Source of the DNA: Halarcobacter sp.
GTDB lineage: Bacteria > Campylobacterota > Campylobacteria > Campylobacterales > Arcobacteraceae
Assembly (NCBI GenBank): GCA_048571215.1
Contig: CP182352.1
Location: 928,001 to 992,000 of the forward strand
Length of the DNA: 64,000 bases
Direction: 5' to 3'
A model generated the notes under the pieces. That model did not search any database and had not been told where the DNA came from. It was given only the letters and a program-made list of their open reading frames with translations. Numbering within the stretch: position 1 is the first letter of the stretch; each line of letters starts with the position of its first letter. This document shows, piece by piece, positions 41,162 through 49,657 of this stretch. The position numbers and the translations under genes are program-made.

Positions 41162-41257
41162 GAGTTTTTGAAAAGAATTGTGAAATTTTTAATATTATTG
41201 ATTTTTATTTTTGTATGAATTGATTGTTGTGCTAGATTCTATTTGTTGTTATGTCAT

Positions 41258-41345
41258 TTATTTTTTCTCAAACGCAAGCTTTATCCCTAAACAAATCAAA
41301 ACTGTACCACTTGTACGATTGATTCATTTTAGTACAGATTCATTA
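41258..41345 (-). pseudogene. LysE/RhtB-like C-terminal remnant
   Basis: SVLK*INRTSGTVLICLGIKLAFEKK*. Confidence 0.5.
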
Positions 41346-41583
41346 TTCAGGACCTTTGGATTTTTTATACCATTTTATTCGAATTGGTGTAATACTTAAA
41401 AAGCATTCTAAAAGTTTGAGGCTAGGGTATTTAGTCCAGACTTTGTTGAAGCTGGAACTTTTTCTTTTTTTATGGTGAAAAGTGAGGACGTGTTTGAGCG
41501 TAAAAAAGAGTGACTAACTCACTCTTTTAGCGAGTTGCCACCTTAAAAGAATATAAAAATTCCATATAAAATTTATAATAAAA

Positions 41584-42555
41584 TTAAATTTTTTCTGAAT
41601 CATATGGTACATTATTTTTATATACGGCATGAGCAATAACTAATAGTTTTCTCATAATTGCTACTTGTATAACTGTAGTATGTTTTCCATTTTCTTTTAG
41701 TCTATCATAAAACTTTCTTAATCTTTCGTTATTTCTTATTGATGTCATTGCTGGCATAAACAAAGTACCTCTACATATTTTTGAACCTGCTTTTGATATT
41801 TTTGTTTTTCCATTAACTGATATACCTGAACTTTTTTCTATTGGATCTAATCCTGCTAAAGATACTATCTGTTTTTGATTAGCATTTTTATATTGAATAA
41901 AATGTATAAGTAATACAATTGAAGATATTTCTCCTATACCATCAATTGTTTGCAAATTATTAAATGATTGTTGAAGTTTCTCATCTTTTTTTATGATTGA
42001 TTTTATTTTTTTGATAATTTTTTGTTCTTGTTTTTTTAAAAATTGATTTTGTAATTCAAACTCTTTTATCAAATAGCTTTTATCTTTTTTTGCTTTTAAA
42101 GCAGCTATATGGTTTTTAGTTATAACTTGTTGTTTAATAATTAATTTATATCCAGAAATAAGCTCTTTTAATTCTTCTTCTATGGTATCTACAATAGGTA
42201 TTTTAATATCTTTATCTTTAGCTGTAACAATCATTTTAGATAAAAGCTGTGCATCTTTTATATCATTTTTATTTCTATATCCCATTACTTTTGCAAAGCT
42301 AGCACTTTTTTTAGGATTTACTATAAAGCTTTTTATATTTTTGTTTGCACAAAACTGTTTTAAAAGAAATGAATAATTAGCTGTTGGTTCATAAACAAAT
42401 ACTAATTTATCTATCTCTTTTTTATAAAGCTTTTTTAGTTTAGAGTACAAACTTTTTATTCCATTTAAACTATTATCAATAATTAAATCTAAATCATTTA
42501 TTGGAATATAAACATTAATTGTTGACTTACTTACATCTAATCCGATAGAATACAT
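41584..42555 (-). CDS. IS110 family DEDD recombinase/transposase
   Basis: IGLDVSK, YEPT, KND..DA, GIG, AGLDP...SSG, MRKL. Confidence 0.95.
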   Translation of the reverse strand: MYSIGLDVSKSTINVYIPINDLDLIIDNSLNGIKSLYSKLKKLYKKEIDKLVFVYEPTANYSFLLKQFCANKNIKSFIVNPKKSASFAKVMGYRNKNDIKDAQLLSKMIVTAKDKDIKIPIVDTIEEELKELISGYKLIIKQQVITKNHIAALKAKKDKSYLIKEFELQNQFLKKQEQKIIKKIKSIIKKDEKLQQSFNNLQTIDGIGEISSIVLLIHFIQYKNANQKQIVSLAGLDPIEKSSGISVNGKTKISKAGSKICRGTLFMPAMTSIRNNERLRKFYDRLKENGKHTTVIQVAIMRKLLVIAHAVYKNNVPYDSEKI

Positions 42556-42614
42556 TTCTAGAACCTTTATTTTAGGATAAAGAGTTCGTTAGGGTAGGAT
42601 TTCTCCTACCTGAT

Positions 42615-42805
42615 AATTGTTATACAAACTTTAGACTTATAAAATACGAACTAGTTATAAAACTGTTCTTGTTGCCACTCAAATTTAAAGTATAACTATC
42701 AAACTCGCCATCAAGCTAATTATAAATTATTTTTTATAATTGCTTTAGTTCCGCAACGATATATTATCTTTCAAACTCTTTGGAAATATATTAACTATAT
42801 TCCCT
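42615..42805 (-). ncRNA. Predicted IS110 bridge RNA
   Basis: 5' hairpin, then two internal loops whose segments match the reconstructed target and donor junctions. Confidence 0.8.
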
Positions 42806-43587
42806 TAAATGTATTATATAAGTCCCGCAACGCAATAAAAAAATAGAAAGTGGAAGGTAGCTTTGCCTTCAACAACGCGTCTGGTGGCTTTTGTTTTACT
42901 TTTACCACTAAAAGTAAAGAAAGCGAAGAACTTGTTCTTCAAGACAACTGCATACAATAAAAACTATTTTCAAAGTATTTGAATGTAGTTAAACTTTAAC
43001 TGTACCTCTTGGTTTTTTCGACTTTTTTTATGAAAAAAAAGTAGCAAAAAATCACCCGCGGGGTTTCGAAGGCGGAAGCTCCCCTCGCTTATTATTTATT
43101 ATTTCTGTTTTGTCTTGTGCTTGCACTCTCTTTGAGAAAACTCACATAAAAATATGCTCCCAGCATATTTGTTCTGTTCAAACAGTTACAAAACTTCTCC
43201 GAAACAATAAATAAACACTCGGCTTCTCAAATGCGGGAAGGTGGGATAATGATCTTTGCATTTTTTGATACCATTACATTCAAAATTACTGTGATACTCA
43301 ATATCTATTTTAAAAGTTTGTGGCTAGTGTATTTAGTCCAGACTTTGTTGAAGCCGGAAGGTTTTTAATTATTTTCGGAAAAGCCTGAGAATGTTTGAGG
43401 AGAGAAAAGTGACTAGATGTCACTTTTTCGACGAGTTTCGCAAGGCAGAAAATAATTAAGAACCTGTAGGGGACTTTAGCTTTAACAACCGTCTGGTGGC
43501 TTTTCTCAAAGAGAGTGTAAACACAGGTTTTACTTTTACCACTAAAAGTAAAGGAAGCGAAGAACTTTGTTCTTCAAGATAAAAAAC

Positions 43588-44775
43588 CTACTTGTTTTTC
43601 ACTTCCACCCCATTATATCCCAACACCTTTTGCACATATCTTTTATCTCTCATACCAACTAAGATTCTAGTTATATATTCTTGTTCTTCTAAGAATTTAA
43701 GTGCAGCAAAGTCTATTGGTTCTTTTATCCCTAGTTTTTCTGATACTTTTTTTGAAATTCTATGTTTTACATTGTTTTTATAACAATTTAAAAAGCTGTC
43801 AAAAAGTTGGAAATATATGGGGTCTAGTTTTATTTGTTGTACTGCATATGGTATAACTTGATATTCTATTAAGTCATCCACATCTCCAGCCCATTTATAT
43901 TCACTTTCAAGGGAAAGAAGTTGAGTTATTAATTCTTGAAAATTATCATTTGGTATCTCTTTAACTTGTTCTAAAAGTTGCTCAAAATTGATACACTCAC
44001 TATAACTTGCAAGTCTTATCATCTCATCATCTTTTATGGCATTTAAAGGTCTATTAACATGAACCTCTAAGCCATTTTCATGTGCCCATTTTGCAGCTGG
44101 TATTCCATTTAGCTCAAACATATTCATAGGCAGTTGTATAACCTTAAAGTGATGGTTTTCCCCTGCAATTTCTTTTGCATAAGAGATTAGATGTTTATAT
44201 TCTAAAAAGTGTAAATCACTTCTTTTTTTAGCAAAGGAGTTTGAACTAATCCCATAAGCTTTTATTTTTCCCTCTTTTACTCTTTCTTCTAAAAGTGCAA
44301 AGGCATTTTTGATTCTTAGTTGCATTGTTTTGTGATGGTGTAGTACTTGTTCTTCACTCATCCCAGCTTTTACCTCTTTCATTAAGTAATACTCTGGATT
44401 ATGAAGTAGATATACATCAATATAATCTGTGTTTAATCTTTTTAAACTCTTGTGTATCTCTTCATCAATAAATGATTGTGATATTGAGTGGTAGCAGTTT
44501 TCATCATATTTTACTAATTCATCTACTTCATAGCCATTTTGAACTTTTTTTAGAAGCTCACCTTGAATATAACCACCTTTGGTGATAATAGTATAATCTT
44601 CTCTTTTTTTATTCTCTAATACTTGTCCTATCATTAGCTCAGCTTCACCGTGCATATAGTTTGAGGAAGTATCAATATGAGTAATACCATTTTCAAGTGC
44701 AAAGTTTAAAGCATCTTTATGAATAGGATTTTGATAAGTTGTTCTGTAAGTTCCGAATGAATATTTTGATAGCAT
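43588..44775 (-). CDS. Aldo/keto reductase
   Basis: FGTYR, IDTSSNY, SLKRL..DYIDVYLLHNPE, YGISSN. Confidence 0.88.
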   Translation of the reverse strand: MLSKYSFGTYRTTYQNPIHKDALNFALENGITHIDTSSNYMHGEAELMIGQVLENKKREDYTIITKGGYIQGELLKKVQNGYEVDELVKYDENCYHSISQSFIDEEIHKSLKRLNTDYIDVYLLHNPEYYLMKEVKAGMSEEQVLHHHKTMQLRIKNAFALLEERVKEGKIKAYGISSNSFAKKRSDLHFLEYKHLISYAKEIAGENHHFKVIQLPMNMFELNGIPAAKWAHENGLEVHVNRPLNAIKDDEMIRLASYSECINFEQLLEQVKEIPNDNFQELITQLLSLESEYKWAGDVDDLIEYQVIPYAVQQIKLDPIYFQLFDSFLNCYKNNVKHRISKKVSEKLGIKEPIDFAALKFLEEQEYITRILVGMRDKRYVQKVLGYNGVEVKNK

Positions 44776-44836
44776 ATATAACCTTGAAAAAAATTTTAGA
44801 AATAATTATATACAAAAAGCATACCTTTGGCAATAA

Positions 44837-44854
44837 AAGGTATAAAAATTGCAT
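44837..44854 (+). promoter_or_regulatory. Sigma54 promoter candidate
   Basis: GG-TATAAAAATT-GCAT. Confidence 0.6.
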
Positions 44855-44865
44855 ATATTTTATTT

Positions 44866-45429
44866 ATGGAAAAAAAATACGATTTAGAAACATATGATAG
44901 ATTTTTGGGTGACTTTAAAAGTGATGGTGGTCACTGGGAAAAGATAGAAAAAAGAACAGCTACTTTATTTCAAGTTTTAATAGATGGGGACTTAAAAGAG
45001 CTTGTTTTTGTATTAAAACATTATCCTAAGTATGTTGAGATAGTTTGTGACCATTTTAGATATCTATATAATTATTCAGGGGAAGAGGCTGATATATATG
45101 CAGCTTCAAAGCTTTTAGATATGAGTGAAGGGTACCATCAAAAACAATTTGTTCGAAATCTTGTTAGAAAATTAGAAAAGGTTGATGAGTTTGATATATC
45201 AAGCTTAAAAAACTTTTTAGATAATCTAATAAATAATCAAACAAAAATACACCCTATAATATTAGCTTATTACAAAAGTGAAATACAAAACAATATTGAA
45301 AGTAACAATTACCATAAACTTCAAATAAAGGTTTTAGAAAAAAATCTTTCTAAATTGATAGTTGATAATAGTTTTGATTTTAGTGCAAAAGATAGGGATG
45401 CAAATTTAGATATTCCATATATGGATTAA
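44866..45429 (+). CDS. Hypothetical protein
   Basis: ORF; ATG at 44866 preferred because the upstream extension overlaps the sigma54 motif. Confidence 0.7.
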   Translation: MEKKYDLETYDRFLGDFKSDGGHWEKIEKRTATLFQVLIDGDLKELVFVLKHYPKYVEIVCDHFRYLYNYSGEEADIYAASKLLDMSEGYHQKQFVRNLVRKLEKVDEFDISSLKNFLDNLINNQTKIHPIILAYYKSEIQNNIESNNYHKLQIKVLEKNLSKLIVDNSFDFSAKDRDANLDIPYMD

Positions 45430-45442
45430 GAGGAGTAGTTAT

Positions 45443-45868
45443 ATGAAGTTTTTTACAAAAAAAGAGGTTGTTTTTTATGAAAAACCTGGATGTGCAGGAA
45501 ACAAAAAACAAAAAGAGCTTTTAACAAGTAATGGGGTAGAGTTTGAAGTAAAATCTATGCTTGATACTAAATGGAGTGTTGAGAGTTTGAATAGTTTTTT
45601 TAAAGATTTAGATAAAGAAAAAATAGTAAATCAGTTTGCACCGCAAGTAAAAAGTGGTGAGATAGATATATCAAAACTTTCAAAAGATGAATTAGTAAAC
45701 CTGATGATAAAAGAACCAATTCTAATAAAAAGACCACTTATTCAAGTAGATGATGAAAAAATTTGTGGCTTTGATATCCCAAAACTAAACAGTGCATTAA
45801 GTTTAGACCTTGATTCAAAAAAAGAGATTGGCACTTGCCAAAGTAGTGATTCATGCAAAACTGTTTAG
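45443..45868 (+). CDS. ArsC/Spx family, nitrogenase-associated type
   Basis: FYEKPGCAGNKKQK, PILIKRPL. Confidence 0.75.
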   Translation: MKFFTKKEVVFYEKPGCAGNKKQKELLTSNGVEFEVKSMLDTKWSVESLNSFFKDLDKEKIVNQFAPQVKSGEIDISKLSKDELVNLMIKEPILIKRPLIQVDDEKICGFDIPKLNSALSLDLDSKKEIGTCQSSDSCKTV

Positions 45869-46152
45869 TAGAAATATGTAAAGAGTTTGAAACCTTAAAA
45901 GGTTTTTTAAAAACTCCAACAAAAGAGCAAGAAGAGACTGTAAATAGACTTTTTTATAAATTCATGGAGTGTTTTCCTACAATAAAAGAGGAGAAACTTG
46001 AATACCCTCGTGAGTTCATTGATGATGTAAGATTATATAATGAAGGTTTAGAGATAGTTCATAAAAAATTTGAGGATACTCAAATTAGATATCTAATGCT
46101 TAGCGATTTTTATGATTTTGCAAGAGTAACAAAAAAATACAAGAAAATATAG
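45853..46152 (+). CDS. Hypothetical protein
   Basis: ORF overlapping the upstream gene end. Confidence 0.6.
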   Translation: MQNCLVEICKEFETLKGFLKTPTKEQEETVNRLFYKFMECFPTIKEEKLEYPREFIDDVRLYNEGLEIVHKKFEDTQIRYLMLSDFYDFARVTKKYKKI

Positions 46153-46198
46153 TTTTATATAAGTTTTATATATTATAATAAATCAAAAAGAGATTTAT

Positions 46199-47761
46199 AT
46201 GCCAAAACTTTTTAAAGACTTCATTATTATAGGTGCAATTTTACTAATTGTATTATCTATTTTAGAACCAAGCTTTTTATGGCTGGCTTTAGTTTATGTA
46301 GCAATTGTTGCCCTTGGGCTTTATGATATAAAACAAACAAAACACTCTTTGTGGAGAAACTTCCCTGTTATTGGTAGACTAAGGTGGGTCTTAGAAGAGT
46401 TAAGACCTCCTATAAGACAATATTTTATTGAGTCTGATATAGATGGTGTTCCTATAAATAGACAACAAAGATCACTTGTATATAGACGTTCTAAAAAGTT
46501 GCCTAGTACTATTCCTTTTGGTACTAAAATTGATGTTTATGAACCAGGTTATGAATGGATAGGGCACTCTTTGAGTGCTCAAAAAGCTTCCACTTTAGAT
46601 AATTCACCAAGAGTTTTAATAGGAGGAAAGGATTGTAAACAACCCTATGAGGCATCTTTATTAAATATATCAGCAATGAGTTTTGGTGCCCTTAGTGCCA
46701 ATGCAGTTTTAGCTTTAGGTAATGGGGCAAAGATTGGAAACTTTGCTTTAAATACAGGGGAGGGTGGACTAAGTAGATACCACTTAGCTACAAACTGTGA
46801 TTTGATTTGGCAAATAGGAACTGGGTATTTTGGTTGTAGAGATGAAGATGGTAATTTTCACGAAGATAAGTTCACAAAAAAATCAAATGTTGAAAATGTA
46901 AAAATGATTGAGATAAAACTTTCTCAGGGGGCTAAACCAGGGCATGGTGGTATTTTACCTGCAAATAAAAATACTCCAGAGATTGCAGAAGGTAGAGATG
47001 TAAAACCACATACAAGGGTTGATTCTCCCCCTACACATAGTTCATTTCATACCTTTAAAGGTTTATTGAATTTTGTTAAAAAATTAAGAGACTTAAGTGG
47101 TGGTAAACCAACTGGTTTTAAGCTTTGCATTGGGAGAAAAGAGGAGTTTATAGATATTTGTAAAGCTATGGTAGAAACAGGGATTAAACCTGATTTTATA
47201 ACTGTAGATGGAGGTGAGGGTGGTACTGGTGCTGCACCTTTAGAGTATACAAACTCTGTTGGGATGCCTTTTAGAGAAGCCTTGGTTTTTGTTGTAGATT
47301 GTTTGATAGGATTTAATCTAAAAGATGATATAAAAGTTATAGCTTCTGGAAAAATTTTAAATGGTATGGATATTACAAAAGCCTTAGCAATTGGTGCAGA
47401 TTTATGTGCAAGTGCTAGGGGTATGATGTTAAGCTTAGGTTGTATTCAAGCTTTATTATGTCACAAAAATACTTGTCCTACAGGTGTTGCAACACAAGAT
47501 CCACGCTTAGCTAAAGGTTTAGTTGTAGAAGATAAAAAACAAAGGGTTGCGAATTTTCATGAAGTAACTTTGGAGAGTTTTACTGAGATGTTAGCTTCAG
47601 CTGGACTTCATACCCCAAGTGAACTCAATAGAACTCATATTTTTAGAAGACTTGATGAAACAAGTTACAAAAGATATGATGAAATATTTACACCTATGAG
47701 AAAAGGGGATTTGTTAAGTGAGCCATATCCTAAAGAATATGAGCTATTTATGGACAAATAG
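46199..47761 (+). CDS. FMN-binding glutamate synthase family protein
   Basis: SAMSFG, NTGEGG, KLSQGAKPGHGG, DGGEGGTG, C..ALLC...CPTG. Confidence 0.92.
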   Translation: MPKLFKDFIIIGAILLIVLSILEPSFLWLALVYVAIVALGLYDIKQTKHSLWRNFPVIGRLRWVLEELRPPIRQYFIESDIDGVPINRQQRSLVYRRSKKLPSTIPFGTKIDVYEPGYEWIGHSLSAQKASTLDNSPRVLIGGKDCKQPYEASLLNISAMSFGALSANAVLALGNGAKIGNFALNTGEGGLSRYHLATNCDLIWQIGTGYFGCRDEDGNFHEDKFTKKSNVENVKMIEIKLSQGAKPGHGGILPANKNTPEIAEGRDVKPHTRVDSPPTHSSFHTFKGLLNFVKKLRDLSGGKPTGFKLCIGRKEEFIDICKAMVETGIKPDFITVDGGEGGTGAAPLEYTNSVGMPFREALVFVVDCLIGFNLKDDIKVIASGKILNGMDITKALAIGADLCASARGMMLSLGCIQALLCHKNTCPTGVATQDPRLAKGLVVEDKKQRVANFHEVTLESFTEMLASAGLHTPSELNRTHIFRRLDETSYKRYDEIFTPMRKGDLLSEPYPKEYELFMDK

Positions 47762-47777
47762 GGAATAGTTATTGCAT
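47760..47777 (+). promoter_or_regulatory. Sigma54 promoter candidate
   Basis: GG-AATAGTTATT-GCAT. Confidence 0.6.
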
Positions 47778-47807
47778 ATATAATTAAAAATATATTAAGG
47801 AATAACA

Positions 47808-48374
47808 ATGGCAACTCCTATTGAGTTTATTAAAGAAAATGAATTAGCATGGCAACCATCTTTTAGTGGTGAATTAAGTGATGGAACTTATGGATATAGA
47901 GGAGCTTTGATTATAGAGCCAGGAAAACAAATATCTCCTGATAGAGTATTACCTCCAAAAAGTCAAGCAAAACAAGTTATTATGATATCTGAGGGTAAAA
48001 AAATCAAATTTTTTGCTTGTGAATTAGAAAGTTTTCATCATTTTGCACCAATGATTGAAAAATATAAAGATTTTTTTGATGCTTCTGGATTAAATCTATT
48101 ATATGTTACTGATTTAGAAAAAGCTGGTACATTTGAGTATGAAGGTGTAAAATATACTGCAATTCCATTGGATGAAAGTTCAGTTTGGAATGAATTATTA
48201 GAATTAGCATCTTTAGAAAAAAGTGATATGAAAAGACTAAAAAAACAAGAAGAAAAAATAGAAGCTGTATATGAAGAATTGGCAGATACTGATGTTGAAG
48301 AGGCTTCAAAAACTTATGATGAGATGTTAACTTTTGTAGGAGAAAGTTCTAAACAACTTATGGGAGCAGTTTAA
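47808..48374 (+). CDS. Hypothetical protein
   Basis: Acidic 188-aa ORF with RBS AAGGA. Confidence 0.75.
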   Translation: MATPIEFIKENELAWQPSFSGELSDGTYGYRGALIIEPGKQISPDRVLPPKSQAKQVIMISEGKKIKFFACELESFHHFAPMIEKYKDFFDASGLNLLYVTDLEKAGTFEYEGVKYTAIPLDESSVWNELLELASLEKSDMKRLKKQEEKIEAVYEELADTDVEEASKTYDEMLTFVGESSKQLMGAV

Positions 48375-48420
48375 TAACTGCTTTCACAACATATTCAAGC
48401 TTTTTAAACTATAATAGTTT

Positions 48421-48903
48421 ATGAATAAAGAGTTAATAACAGAGTTTGGATATAAAAAAATTGTAAAAGAGTTTAAAAATCTTTTAGAAGTAGAAAAACC
48501 TTATTGGGTAAAAGAGAAAGAGATAGCTGCCCAACACGGAGATAGAAGTGAAAATGCAGAATATATTTCTGCAAAAGAGATGCTTCGTAATATTGATAGA
48601 AAATTAAGATTTTTAGAAAAGATTATTAATAATTCTACTGTGATTGATACCACAAAAATTCCCCATAACAAAGTAAATCTTGGTTCAGAAGTGAGCATTT
48701 TAGATTTGAAAACCAATTTTCAAAAAAAATATATAATTGTTGGAACCTTTGAAACTAATCCAAATGAGAATAAAATATCAAATAAATCTCCTTTAGGAAT
48801 GACACTTTTAGGAAAAGAATTAAATGAAGAGTTTGAATTTTCTATAGATAACAAATCTTTTGAATATGAAGTTATTGATATACAAATGCATAGGTTTTAC
48901 TAA
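48421..48903 (+). CDS. GreA/GreB family elongation factor
   Basis: GDRSENAEY, ISNKSPLG. Confidence 0.92.
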   Translation: MNKELITEFGYKKIVKEFKNLLEVEKPYWVKEKEIAAQHGDRSENAEYISAKEMLRNIDRKLRFLEKIINNSTVIDTTKIPHNKVNLGSEVSILDLKTNFQKKYIIVGTFETNPNENKISNKSPLGMTLLGKELNEEFEFSIDNKSFEYEVIDIQMHRFY

Positions 48904-48979
48904 TTATTAATAATTTTAAATATAAAATTAATGTATTATAATAAGATTTGATTTTGATTATTTTTAAGGAAATATATAT

Positions 48980-49657
48980 ATGCATAATAAAATATTAAAA
49001 CAAATAAAAGTTTTATTTGTAGAAGATGAAGAGTTAATTAGAAAAAAAACAGTCTCATCTTTAGAGTATATTGTAGCTGAAGTTGAAGAAGCTGCAAATG
49101 GTGTAGAGGCATTAGAAAAATTAAAAAACTTTACTCCAGATTTAATTATCACTGACTTAGAAATGCCAGATATGGATGGTATAGAGTTTATAAAAGAACT
49201 TAGACAAAAGAATAATGATATATGTATTATTGTTGTAACTGCTCATACAAGTGAAAAATATTTGTTAGAATTAATTGATATGCATATAGAAAAATATATT
49301 ATAAAACCAATAAATTTAGAAAAACTTATTAATGCTTTAGAGGATTGTCAAAAATTATTTTCTGATTCAAAATTTTATTTAAAAGAACTTCCTTATGGTT
49401 ATAAATATGATTGGAATCAAAAAATATTGTTACATAATGAAGAGTTGATCTCTTTGACAAAAAAGGAAATACTTTTTTTAGAGTTACTATTTAAAAATAC
49501 AAATAATATAGTTTATTACGAACAATTACAAAATGAAGTATGGCAAAATAGTGTAATGACAGATAATGCCTTAAGATCATTAGTGAAAAATTTGAGAAAA
49601 AAATTGCCAAAGGATTTTATTTCAAATCTTTCAGGAGTAGGGTACAAATTTGTTTAG
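48980..49657 (+). CDS. OmpR family response regulator
   Basis: VEDE, TDLEMP, KP, winged-helix GVGYK. Confidence 0.92.
   Translation: MHNKILKQIKVLFVEDEELIRKKTVSSLEYIVAEVEEAANGVEALEKLKNFTPDLIITDLEMPDMDGIEFIKELRQKNNDICIIVVTAHTSEKYLLELIDMHIEKYIIKPINLEKLINALEDCQKLFSDSKFYLKELPYGYKYDWNQKILLHNEELISLTKKEILFLELLFKNTNNIVYYEQLQNEVWQNSVMTDNALRSLVKNLRKKLPKDFISNLSGVGYKFV

Larger units (their letters stand above)
41536..42823 (-). mobile_element. Complete IS110-family element
   Basis: Flanks rejoin into a repeat unit; core ACT (plus AGT) at 41533-41535 and 42821-42823; no terminal IRs. Confidence 0.88.
41351..43578. repeat. Structured repeat block 4 (A tail, B split by IS110, A, B)
   Basis: B approx 41410-41535 plus 42824-42943; A approx 42959-43300; B approx 43311-43578. 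Confidence 0.88.

Noticed and set aside
41225..41260. Tenth attC after the LysE remnant (minus ACATAAC)
   Set aside because: An R''-like heptamer follows the stop, but there is no matching hairpin or R' box.
29257..43578. CRISPR array interpretation of the repeats
   Set aside because: Units are hundreds of bp, alternate in orientation and lack uniform unique spacers; no cas genes are present.
28482..43587. Integron integrase or other tyrosine recombinase
   Set aside because: No ORF with R-H-R-H-Y motifs in the window; the only intact recombinase is IS110.
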